DNA of 64,000 nucleotides from Perkinsus olseni (Eukaryota): NCBI GenBank assembly GCA_013115125.1, contig JABANN010000080.1, positions 1 to 64,000 of the forward strand, read 5' to 3'. Shown piece by piece: positions 49,329 to 60,076 of this stretch (position 1 is its first letter; each line of letters starts with the position of its first letter). The notes under the pieces were generated by a model. It saw only the letters and a program-made list of their open reading frames with translations, ran no database searches and was not told where the DNA came from. The position numbers and the translations under genes were made by a program.

Positions 49329-52123
49329 CTATGAGTAACAACGGAAGCAGCTCCTCGAAGCAGTCACCTCAGCAGCGGCAGGTTCCACCTCGTCCTCCTC
49401 CAGTCCCTCCTCTTCCTCTTTTTGTTCACTATCAACCACCTCTTCGACTACCGTCGGTGTATGGTAGAGGGCAGGAAAGAGTTCTCTCAGCTTTCCACTG
49501 AGGGACCTGCAGGCAAGAATCAAGCCGCAGACAACGACCACAATGGCTACCCGATTTTGGGGTCTTCCAACGGAGCAAAGGGGGTTGGGTCATCCGGCTG
49601 GTCGGCCTCTAGCGGCTCGGCGACGCTTTCTTCATCGTCAGACATACTGCTGCTGAATGAACTAATGAGCTGACCTATTCCGTATCTTCCTGTGATCGAC
49701 CTAAGATTCACAACCCAACATCTTTGTGACATGATGATGATCATCACCAAGGTTGTGTAGCTTGGGACGACATGGCAGTTCTTATGAGCATGCAGCAGCA
49801 AGATACGAAGGGTCAATGAACGAGGATATTCGACTTGAACTAGCTAATTACGAATCCAAAATCTTCCGCGTGCGCACAGCGTATCTTTGTCACGTCCGCC
49901 GCTCGTCTTCTCTTACTCATCTCCGATGGCTCTATAGAGCTCTTCTTATGTGATAGATGTTTCGAGGCATTAAACTGCCGGTGGTCGTGATCGAACCTCC
50001 GACCTCACCAATACCCAAAGGACTAGGACTTGGCCTTCTCACCGGTAGAGGCAACTGCAGCCGCGGTAAGGCTGCCGTCTTCGGGGATCCAGCCGCGGAG
50101 TCTTCCAACCCGGCATCATGAACCCGCACAGGTTCGATTCCCAGCGGCGACAATGAGGCAATAAATTCATCCAAACAGTCGATCGAGAAGGAGTCGAAGC
50201 CGCGGCAAATCTCCATCTTGATTCTCTCATATGCTTCTGGTTGGAGGACTCGGGTGAGGTCGACGTCCAGCAAGAAGGGGTCCTCGATGATCAATTTCCT
50301 CCGAGCCACGTCCGAGGGCAGAAGATACTCGAACCTCGAGGATTGCCTCGTCATGAGGCAGCCTTGCCGAACCGATACAACGACGGTGTGCTTTGCCCCA
50401 AAGATATACTCTTGATAAAATATAAAAAAGATTCTCACAAGGTCGACAACCTTGACCTTGTCAAAGGCATGTCGATAGGGAAGATACTCTTCAGAGATAA
50501 TCTCGTTGACCTCGTAAAGATTCTCAGACGCGCACAGCGAAGATTTTTCCCCACCCGCTGTCGTGGGCACCGTGGACGTGAGACTGCTCGGCGAGTCCGC
50601 CTCATTGAACGGATCAACATCGCAGGGGCCGAGGAATCCAAGGTCGCCGAGGATAGATTCCCTGTTGAACCTAAGATACTCTTCTCGGCCCTCACCACAC
50701 TCGAAAGAATCTGTTTGATTGAAGCCTTCCTGGAGGCAGGGAAGGTAGCCGGTCGCCTGAAGAAATATAAAAATGAAGCGACGCGAACCAGGTATGGTCA
50801 AGACGAAACATTTTCAAAGCGGGAATCTTTACTTTTCCGGCAGCCTCGATGGCAACATTGATACAATTTTTTCAATCAATCTGTCTTTGGGAAATTCCCG
50901 ATACGATTTTTTTCCCGGTATTTTTTCACTAAGATCGTCGGAATGGTGATGCTGCTCACCTGCAGCGCGAAGATCGACATGAGGGTGATGGCGTAGCTGC
51001 TGAGGCCGCCGACCTGCTGGACCCCACGCAGACCACGATCCTTCGCCCACGACTGAGGCAGTCACAATAGAGCAGGGCAAGTGGAGAAGGAATAAGCCCA
51101 GTTGCAAAGCCTCTCCGTAGCAACCAGGAGGGTATCAGGATAGCTCGTCATTAACCTTTTCAATTGGTCATTAATCTTAACCGATTTTTCCATTTTGCGG
51201 AGAGAATTTTTCGAACTCAACCGGTGCCCCGTTATTCGAGCATCTCCTACCATCTCCCCCACGACGAAGCGCACGAGAAATTAGAGAACTCTCATGCCGT
51301 AATGAAGATAAGATTGCGAAACCCTAGCTCAGCTGGACGCCACAAGATGCTCCTGTGAGTTGGAACTTGAGTTGCGTAGAATTGTGACTTCAAGGACCAT
51401 GCGAGTAAGACCCATTTTGAGCCCCCAAACACGCATGCATCGAAAGGAGGGCGACACCGATGCAGGTTCGACTTACTATAATGGCTATGATGAATCTTCG
51501 GACCTTGGGACTGATGGCGACATAACCAGCTATTAATCTCGAGTTCACTTCGGGCAGGTAATTGGCGACACTAACGTCGAGTATCTTTCCCGTATGTCCA
51601 TCTCTGAGTTTGACCACCGGCACTCGAGCCTGCGGGGTCCAACTCTCGACGAAGAAGCGGTCGAGGAAGTTACAGCGGGTTGCCAGCCAGGCGACGAGTT
51701 GGCCAGGGGCGACCCCGTCCGAGGCAAGATTCACGTCAACGTCAGAGTGCTCGCCGACGAGACCGGTAGCAGCAGAACCGAAGACTCTCGGACGCACGTC
51801 GAGGTTGAATTGGGATTTGATGAGGATTCTGAGATCCTCGAGGGCAGGGGTGTTCATGATTTGGGTCCAGTTGGCAGGTCTGTTGCACGGGTAGAGTTCG
51901 ATGAGGATATTTTCGAGATGCGACGGGGAGGACATGAGGATGAAGGATAGTTAGTTTCTAGAGAAGGAAGCACCAGGCCTTGGGACGCGAGAACGGTGGA
52001 ACGATCTGCGCACTTTTTGACCCATCTTGTAGGCTTTGCTGGAGCCAAGTGCCCTAGTGGCTCACCGGGCATTCTACTTTCAGACTCTTTCATAATACTT
52101 GAAAAATTCCCCCGACCCTCCAC
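49329..52123 (-). CDS. Second Cid1/TUTase-family nucleotidyltransferase (multi-exon)
   Basis: RVFGSAATGLVGEHSDVDV, PQARVPVVKLRD, LDVSVANYLPEVNSRLI, LVRIFFIFY, IIEDPFLLDVDLTR; acidic C-terminal exons. Confidence 0.88.
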
Positions 52124-52322
52124 CCTCGACCGAGTAATCAGCTATTGCTGATCCCCAATTTATTCAGTTCGCAACCCCCTCTGCCATAACGGCCTCATTT
52201 CTCCATGTCGCGTTTGTTCACTGTTTACCAAAAATCTTTTCCTGCCCGCCATTCTTTTCAAAGAGAGCTATTGTTGAACCCAAATCCTCGAGTTTCTGAT
52301 GACACCTGTTGCTGAGCCATGG

Positions 52323-53532
52323 TCAAACGTCCCGAGTCTCGACGACTACAACTCCGCACCTTTCCAAGGCCTTCCTCACAGCTCTTCGCCGCAAAGGAAG
52401 ACCGTCAGATTGAAGTACGCATTGGTAGTGGCCGGGGCTATGGTAAATTAAAATAACATCAGACTCGGCGTCCGAAAATTGGCGGCCGATGTAAAAATCT
52501 GCTTGACCGATTTCGCTAACGATTACGACGCAAAGGTCGTTCATGGGTCCTCGGGAGGAGCTTGCCCGGCACATGGCGTAGGGGAGGAAGTCGCTGAAGG
52601 CCTGAGGATGCTGAGGTTGAAGCGAGGAAGTGACGAGTGATTTGGATACTTGGATGTTCTCTCCGACTTGGCCGCTGCCGACCCACCCTGGATGGGCTTC
52701 GATTACTCGGCCCTCTATGAAACGCTTCAGCGATAGCGCTGTCTGAAAGGTATCCAGAGGTCGAGCGTGTAGGATACAAATAAGCTCAGGGTCGGAACCT
52801 TTTGCCACACCTCTTTAATTGAATCAGCTGACTCCTTCAAGTCTATGAAGCCTTCGGAGATGGTAGCCAACCAAGATGCAGCTAGAGACAGGTAGAAGCA
52901 TTGATTATACATCTCGTCGCCTGAACGCCGTAATAATTTCGTGGCGCAGTGACGGTGGCAGAAGCCGTACCATCCTCCGAGGTATTCCTACTGCCCATGT
53001 CCACCACTTGGACGTTGAGGGTCGCTAAGGCGGCTTCCACCCTCACCGCAGTCGAGTCGAGCGAAGATACGACGGACGCCGCGCACTCGGAAGATTTTAC
53101 TGAGCTGCTGGTTGAGTCGCTTGAAGGGTTTTGCCTGAAGAAGGTATCATAGGCTGATCAACGAAAGATACGAAACAGGTCAAGTTGTTCCCACTTCCTC
53201 CTCTCTTTGCTCCTCGCAGCCAAAGCCATGAGTGAGGCTTCTGCATCTCTCACAATCCGACTCTGCCGTCGAGGGTTCGAATTGTCTTTTTCAAGTTCAC
53301 TAAAGGTCTGCGTTAAACTCCTCGTTAACATCCTCTTCGACTCCCTCCCGTTGCCGTCTTCGTCGAAGGCCCGGCGTTCCGGCAGAGGCTTCCTTCGACG
53401 CTGCCTCTCCTCCGCCTCAAACGTTACTTTACTTTCCTCCAGCACAGTGGCCAGCTCGGCTTCGAATTCCAAAGTGGCTCTGGTGGGCGATATACTCGGA
53501 AAGTGAAAGAACCAAGCTAAGACCGATTCCAT
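52323..53532 (-). CDS. UIM-containing protein with OTU-like cysteine-protease motifs
   Basis: EFEAELATVLEESK (UIM-like); NQCFYLSLA and IYHSPGHYQCV (OTU-like Cys and His boxes). Confidence 0.55.
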
Positions 53533-54204
53533 CGTCCCTCTGGTGACTGTCTCCCTTGCTGGCTGTGGACACCGGTTTCGAGTCCAACTAAGCCGGAACC
53601 GTTAGCGTTGGGCTATTAACTCACACGCTAGCTGTGCGTCTGCGTGCTAGTGTACGCAGACACAAGGTGAAGAAGCGCTAGATCATTCTAAGACCTTTTG
53701 TTGCCCACTAGCCCAGCTTACGTATTTATATTACTATTGAAGTTCGTCGCTCAAGTACTGTGAGCGAGTCTTCCTGAGGTATCCAGACTAATTGACGCCC
53801 TGAAGGTTCAGCTGTTGGATGAATTCCTTATGAAACTCCCAATTAATTCCGGGATTGAAATTTTCACGTAAATTTCGGTTCCGGAGTCGATTCAAAATTG
53901 GCTCGTCGAACAGCTCCCGGAGGTGATCTCCGGCATTCAGACGCGAGAACCCTGAGGTGAGCCCCAAAAACCGTCCACAGTGCCTCGTGAGTGGTTCCAT
54001 CTCCGTCTCTCCTTCGCGGCGGCGCTCGAGACGAGACAATTCCGCTGTGGAAGTTCCTGCGGACTTCAGAGATCAGCGGCCAGCTTGGGTGTGTTGGGGG
54101 CCTTGGCCGTTTGATGCACCGGAATTCAAGGCGATGCTGCTGAGGTCTCGCTGTCTTCTTTACTGTTGAGGTAGTGATATCTGGCCGGCGAAGAATTAGA
54201 ACCG

Positions 54205-54280
54205 AAAAATCATCAGGTGGTAGGATTGAACCTGCGGTCTCTCACATACCTGTCTGCAAGGAGCTCTACCGCGTGACAAT
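54205..54280 (-). pseudogene. Degenerate tRNA-like element
   Basis: Minus strand GCGGTAGAGC...GAGACCGCAGGTTCAATCCTAC...TTTTT shows A-box-like, B-box and terminator features; stems broken. Confidence 0.5.
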
Positions 54281-54387
54281 TCTTACGCGACTTGCGCTGT
54301 AAGCTCATTAAAAACCCTCACAGCAGCATGGACAACCTCCCTGTTTCAGAAGCACCATCATCATCACCACCACAGTTTTCCCCTGGC

Positions 54388-57300
54388 ATGTCCCTTCTTG
54401 CCAGTCCCCTTCGCCTCCTTCCCCATGCCATCACCTCCCGACCCGTCCTAGCCTCCACCAGGCTCCTATCGACCACCGCTTGTCGCCTCTTCTCGGCCCA
54501 GCGCCCCAGCCCCGCCGACCTAGCGGTCGTCAAACTCCATGTAACTCGTCAACGGCCCAGCTGGACCGTCCCCTGGCAGACGACTCCTGTCGAAGCCTCT
54601 AGTGGCTCGGGCTGTCTACTATCTTTACCGGAATCCGCCGGGCCATCGTGGCGGTCTCGGAATTTCGTTCTGACGGCAGCCCATGTGGTAGCGGACAGCA
54701 TCTACCTCACAGTCCAGCGGAATACTGACTACTTTGAACCTAATAAATTCCCGGCTGTCGTCCGAGCGGTCTGCCATGACTCGGACTTGGCCCTGGTGGA
54801 AGTAACCAACGACAAGGAGGGATTTAGGAATGGTAGTGGGGTCATCGGGGACGGTGACAGAGTCAGTTCCGAGTGACTGAGTAATTTATTGAGTCTTTTC
54901 CGCGTATTTTTCGAAACCCGAACAAACGTTTCAGCGTGTTGCTGAATCTTCCAAATCTCCGCTGCCATAGCTGACTACAGTGCTGATGACACCGCCAGCG
55001 CTATAGCTTTAGGCCTGCTCTTTCGAGTGGCCTTTCGATGAGCATATGAAAAGGTTGTTGGGTTCTTTTCCTAACAACTTTCACGCGTCCGACACGTAAA
55101 TTATCGTCTGATACCTATTTTGTGGTTTGAGGAAGGTCTTTCTGGCTCAGGTGGCAACCACCCCTCACCCGACCGCCCTGCGGCGGCGATGAAACCTCTG
55201 GAACTCGCCCGATGGGACGACCTTCCCGAGCTGCGGGATACAGTACAGGTAGGTGTCCCCCTCTCCGTGGTGCCCGTCACGATGAGGACGAGCAGGTGGT
55301 CGGCTACCCCGTCGGGGGCGACAAGCTGTCTGTCACCAGTGGTGTTGTTTCGAGGTGTGAGGTAATAATAGTAGGCCACCTCGAGGCCTTGCCATCGATC
55401 GGGTCTTGCAACTAGGTGGTTGAGTACTCCCATAGTGCTCGGCCGGCCCTCGGCATCACAGTGGATGCTGCTATCAATGCTGGCAATTCTGGAGGACCGG
55501 TGATGTGCGGTAGCTCAGATAAGATTTTGGGTAGTAGAGGGGGGGGGCAAGGCGAGTGTTGAGCTTAGGAAGACTGTCTAGGAAACCTGAAGGGCACTTG
55601 ATGTAGTTCATTTTCTAAGGCGTCGCATAGTATATTTTACCCGTATTGTTTTTTGAAATTTACTACTTAATTTTTCCGGCACGTCAACGCCACCCAAACC
55701 CCGACCTTACGCGATTCACTTTCTCTTCGCAACTGCTGTTTTTACTTCTCAGAGGGGCCCTGCAGATCATCATCCAGCATGAGGCGTGCTTCATGGTGAC
55801 CCATTCTCAGGTGTGGCCTTCCAGAAGTATGTCTCCCATGGCGTTGAGAACCAAGGCCACGCGGTGCCGAGCTACCTGATATGGCGGTTCATTAACCGAG
55901 TGATCGCTCGGGCGTCCGATGCAGAAAGCTTGGCTTCGACCATCGGTGGGGTTGGGGATGGGTCGTTGGACCTTCCCTGTTTGGGGGTCACTTGCCAGCC
56001 AGTGGAGAACGAGCAGTTTAAGAAGTGGCTGGGCGTGGCGGCAGGTAATACGACCTTCTAGTAGAGCCTGTCTGTTTGACGCGATTGAGGTTGGATGCCG
56101 CGGACGGCACGTGTGTCAACCTTGTCGTTGAGTTTGAACGGGGCGAGCAGCGAATATTATACTCACCATGTACAGTGTTTACATAGCAGCGTAGTACGAG
56201 TAGCGATTGGAGTGGTAGTAGGATAACACAATTGAGCCGCGTGGTCACTGGCTGCGTCTCCTCAACTGGATTACCCTCTATCTGCTCTATCTCGTTCACT
56301 ATGAGCCCAATCTTCTTATGTGGTGCTCTACATCGAAAAAGTGTATCTTTGGTTGAACCTCGCTATATACAAGCGTGAAGATACTCCGTTGCCTGCCTTC
56401 AGGAGACACTGACGTTGGGATGGATCGTAAAGGGGTGATGGTGTCCTGGTCCGTCAACCCGGCTTTGAAGAAGTACGATGTCATCTCGGCCATCAACGGC
56501 ACTCCCCTGGACAGCTTCGGACATGTTTGGTAATAGTGGAGGTCCTCGGGCCTGTACACCATTTCCACCTCAAGTTGAAAGGGGGTGACTTTAACTCAGT
56601 TTTCTGGAGGCGAAATCGCCTTGTCTTGAAAGTTTCATTCTAAGATAGATCGTTTCAAATTGAAGTCTCCCCAGTTTGAACGATATTTGAATTAAAGTCA
56701 CCTCCTCGTGACTTGAGGGGAAGAGGGTGTGAGTTCGACCCGTCCGCAGGTACCTCGGCAGACGCCTGTACATGACGGCGTTGCTGGACAGCTTTTATGT
56801 GGGGGACGCGGTAGAGCTGACGGTTTTATCGAGGGGCGATGCTGGACCGGTCGTGGAGAGGAGGACAGTGGGGCTGATGTCGCCCAAGGATTGTTTTCTG
56901 GTTCCAAAGGGACAGATGTACGACGTGAAAGCCCCACCTTATTTGATAACGGGAGGTACTAAGGGGGTGAGGGGAGAATCTTTGCTTCACTCTGGCGAAG
57001 GATGGGAGAGGTTGACGACCGTAGTTATCCGAGTGGTAGGATCCGATTTTCGGCGGCTTCACTTAAGTCTTCTGCCGTACCCTCAGTGGCAGTAGGCCTT
57101 CCACATTTTTCTGTGCGCTTTTTCGGTCATGATGGTCTAAAACGGTGGAATTTCGTGGCGCGCGACATATTTTTGGTGCCTCCGCTACATCTGTGGTTTG
57201 CCTCAGGTTTAGTGTTCCAACCGCTGAGTATCGACTACTTGAGAGGATGGACTTCTGATAGGGACAGGCCGACTCACCTGCAGCATATAGTCAATACAGG

Positions 57301-57920
57301 GAGGAAATGCGAGACGCGGCAGGTGACAAAAATGTCGGCCGTGGGAATCGAACCTGTGCTGAAACAACGTCGTATCGGTTGGGAGTGTTCCGCGTTTCTT
57401 GATTTCTCCTGGGGTATCTTCGGAACGCCTTCAAGCTTCAAAGCTGAAGATTCTAACCATATATAATTCTGAGATGTCCTCGCTGGGGATCGAACCTAGG
57501 TGGCTCGATTATTGTCGCTGACGGTCAGGAATGCGTAGTGCTCACCCAAGTCCTCGCTGACGAATGCAACTCCGGTTATGGCAGTGGGTGGGTTGGTGGA
57601 CCGATAGTAGAAAAGGTCAACGACGAAAAGATATGCTGTAAGGGTATCTTTCGCGCAGTGGGAAGAATTTGCGCATGCGTGCAACTGTAGGTCTTGCACA
57701 TCTTGAGAAGATACTCGATGCTGTTGTGTACTCTCCGGAAGAGTCGGCGGACTATGTTGTTTTGGAGCTGCTGTGTTACGACGGTCCCTTCACGATGGTC
57801 TTGGCGTCGAGGGAGATTCGACAAGGTGACGATCGGGTGAAGGAGCGGTACGGCCTGCCGAGGCTGCGAAGTGACGGCAGTAGTCGTCGTAGTGGCTGCC
57901 CTGTGCACTCCCCTGTGTGA
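54388..57920 (+). CDS. Deg/HtrA serine protease (plant Deg2/9/10-like, PDZ), probable mitochondrial presequence
   Basis: VVKL...PWQ...SGSG, VLTAAHVV (His), CHDSDLAL (Asp), VGYPVGGD, DAAINAGNSGGPV (Ser), GLVFQPLSIDYL. Confidence 0.92.
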
Positions 57921-58268
57921 GGTTTCATGTCGGTATCAGTGTCGTGTTCCAGTATGCCGGCAGTTAAAGTGTGACACAATCTTCGTCTCCCCTCAGTTCT
58001 AACTTCGGAACTCGACATAGGGAGTCGGGAGGCCAAGTGAAGAGGGGCCGCGCGCTGACTTGTCGCGAATGCTTGTTCCTTCTCTATTGTGAAGGACAGG
58101 CTCCTGTTAGTATCACTCATGTCGGGTTCGTAGCTTCTGCGTACTCGGTCTTGTAGAATGGATATAGTTAGCACTAGCTAAGACAGCTTTGTGTTGGCAA
58201 GAGGTGAGGCAGAAAGATCTTTCTCATTATTCCTGATCATTTACAGTGATGTTGTTGGCTTGGTGTTC

Positions 58269-59955
58269 ATGACAGCAAGGAAGCATCCAAGGTCGAAGCA
58301 TAGACGAAACAGACGGAGGTCGGTTGCGACGACTGCTGAACCTGTTGGGAAAAGATTCGGGGACATAGTCACTGACGGGGTGCAGCGATGGGAGACCTTC
58401 TATCGGGCCTGCGGGCTGAAGATGGACAACGGCGATGGCGAGTGGGACGATCTCATCAACCATCTCAGAGCGCCCCTGCCGATATCCTTCCGAGTGCGGA
58501 AAGATTCCCGGTGCGAGCCGCCGAGGAGTATCTTTGAGGAAGTCACACTGGCAAGAAACGGGCGATGGATACCACCGGCGAGACAGTTCAAGTGGTGCTC
58601 GGGGTATCAGCTCGGGTGCGACCCGAGGACGGCTAAGGAGGCTTATCCGGAACTCGATGCGTGGTTGAAACAAAATCACGGGGGCATTGGAGGCGGAGCG
58701 AGGCGACAGGAGGTGGCCTCGATGGTGCCGGTGTCGGTGCTGGGAATTGAACCTGCGCATGAAGTGCTCGACATGTGTGCGGCACCCGGGAGTAAGACGC
58801 TGCAGGCCCTCGACGTGATAGAACAGGGAAGGGGGATGGTGGTGGCGAATGAGTTGAGTACGAGAAGGGCTCACATACTGTGTGGGAGGGTCGGGGAGTC
58901 TGAAGGCTTTATGGTCATCAACCACAAGGCACAGTTGATACCGAAGAAACATAAGTTCGATCGGGTTATTTGTGACGTGCCGTGTTCGGGCGACGGGACT
59001 TTCCGGAAGTATCCGGTGAAGTGGAAACATTGGGATCCGTCGTTGGGGAGAAGGCTGCATCACACGCAAATACAGGTAGCAACCTGACATTTTTTGTATC
59101 TTGCATGGTCAACCTCTGGATACGCTTCCTCTCAGATAGCCTTGCGCGCCTTCGCCCTGCTCAAGGTGGGTGGTCGAATGTCCTACTCGACCTGCAGTGT
59201 TAATCCACTCGAGAACGAGGCTGTCGTACAGGCCATCCTCAAGGCGGGTAAGAATTTCTGTCACTGCGCCACGAAATTATATCGTGAGAATTTCTCTCGC
59301 TGCGCCACGAAATTATTCAGCGGATAAACGAGTAGTTTATCTAGGTTAATTTCTGTCACTGCGCTACGAAATTATATCGTGAGAATTTCTGTCACTGCGC
59401 CACGAAATTATATCGTGTAGACTGCGCCACGAAACTACCTCTTATTTATTTGTGTCACTGCGTCACGAAATTACCTCCTAAGAAAGTTTGTCACTGCGCC
59501 ACGAAGTTACCTCGTCCTTGTCAGTATCCCCACATGGTCGACTGGTTCACGTGAAGCTGCCGGGCTTTCGAACGTACCCGGGCCTCAACCATTGGCAAGT
59601 CGTGGAGGAGAGGGAGGACTCTCCTGAGGTCTTCCACTGTGAGGCCATATCCCATCGTGATTCCAAGAAGGAGTGGTATCGGCCCAGTATGTGGCCCTCT
59701 GGCTCCTTCGACCTGTCCCCCTGCTTGAGAGTGTATCCTCATCTCAACAACACCGGTGGCTTCTTCACGGCTGTTATTGAGAAAACTGGGGAGCCTTGGG
59801 ACGATCAGTCGACCGCTGAGCCCGCCGAGAACGATCAGACGGAAGGAATTTCGCGGCGCGTGACGGTGAAGGTGCGAAAGTCTTTGTCTAAGTTGGCCGA
59901 CAAGAGACTGTATAATATCATACGGGCCGGCAAGAAGCGGAGCAGTCGTCAATGA
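58269..59955 (+). CDS. NSUN2: tRNA m5C methyltransferase NSUN2/Trm4 family
   Basis: [68 protein letters not shown]. Confidence 0.92.
59251..59515. repeat. Intronic array of 7 copies of a TGTCACTGCGCCACGAAATTA core
   Basis: Units of about 33-60 nt inside the NSUN2 intron 59248-59524. Confidence 0.9.
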
Positions 59956-60076
59956 CCTCTCCTTACTGCAACACTCACGTCTTACCAATCATCGTGTGGT
60001 TGCGTTCTTCAGGGCGCGCGCTAAAGTGTCGGAAACATGAGTATTCGCCAGATTGTGGTCCATATATCTTTTTGTA

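Noticed and set aside
50125-50152. T-arm-like ACAGGTTCGATTCCCAG (similar hits at ~58740 and ~11297)
   Set aside because: These are antisense readings of coding LGIEP/WIEP peptides, so B-box-like strings can arise by chance; excluded from the intronic tally
58227-59090. Long antisense ORFs (also 11925-12737, 39849-40514, 42525-43115, 50241-50861)
   Set aside because: Shadows of real genes on the opposite strand in GC-balanced coding sequence
59251-59515. CRISPR-like repeat-spacer appearance
   Set aside because: Spacers are related to each other and irregular, it lies in a eukaryotic intron, and there are no cas genes
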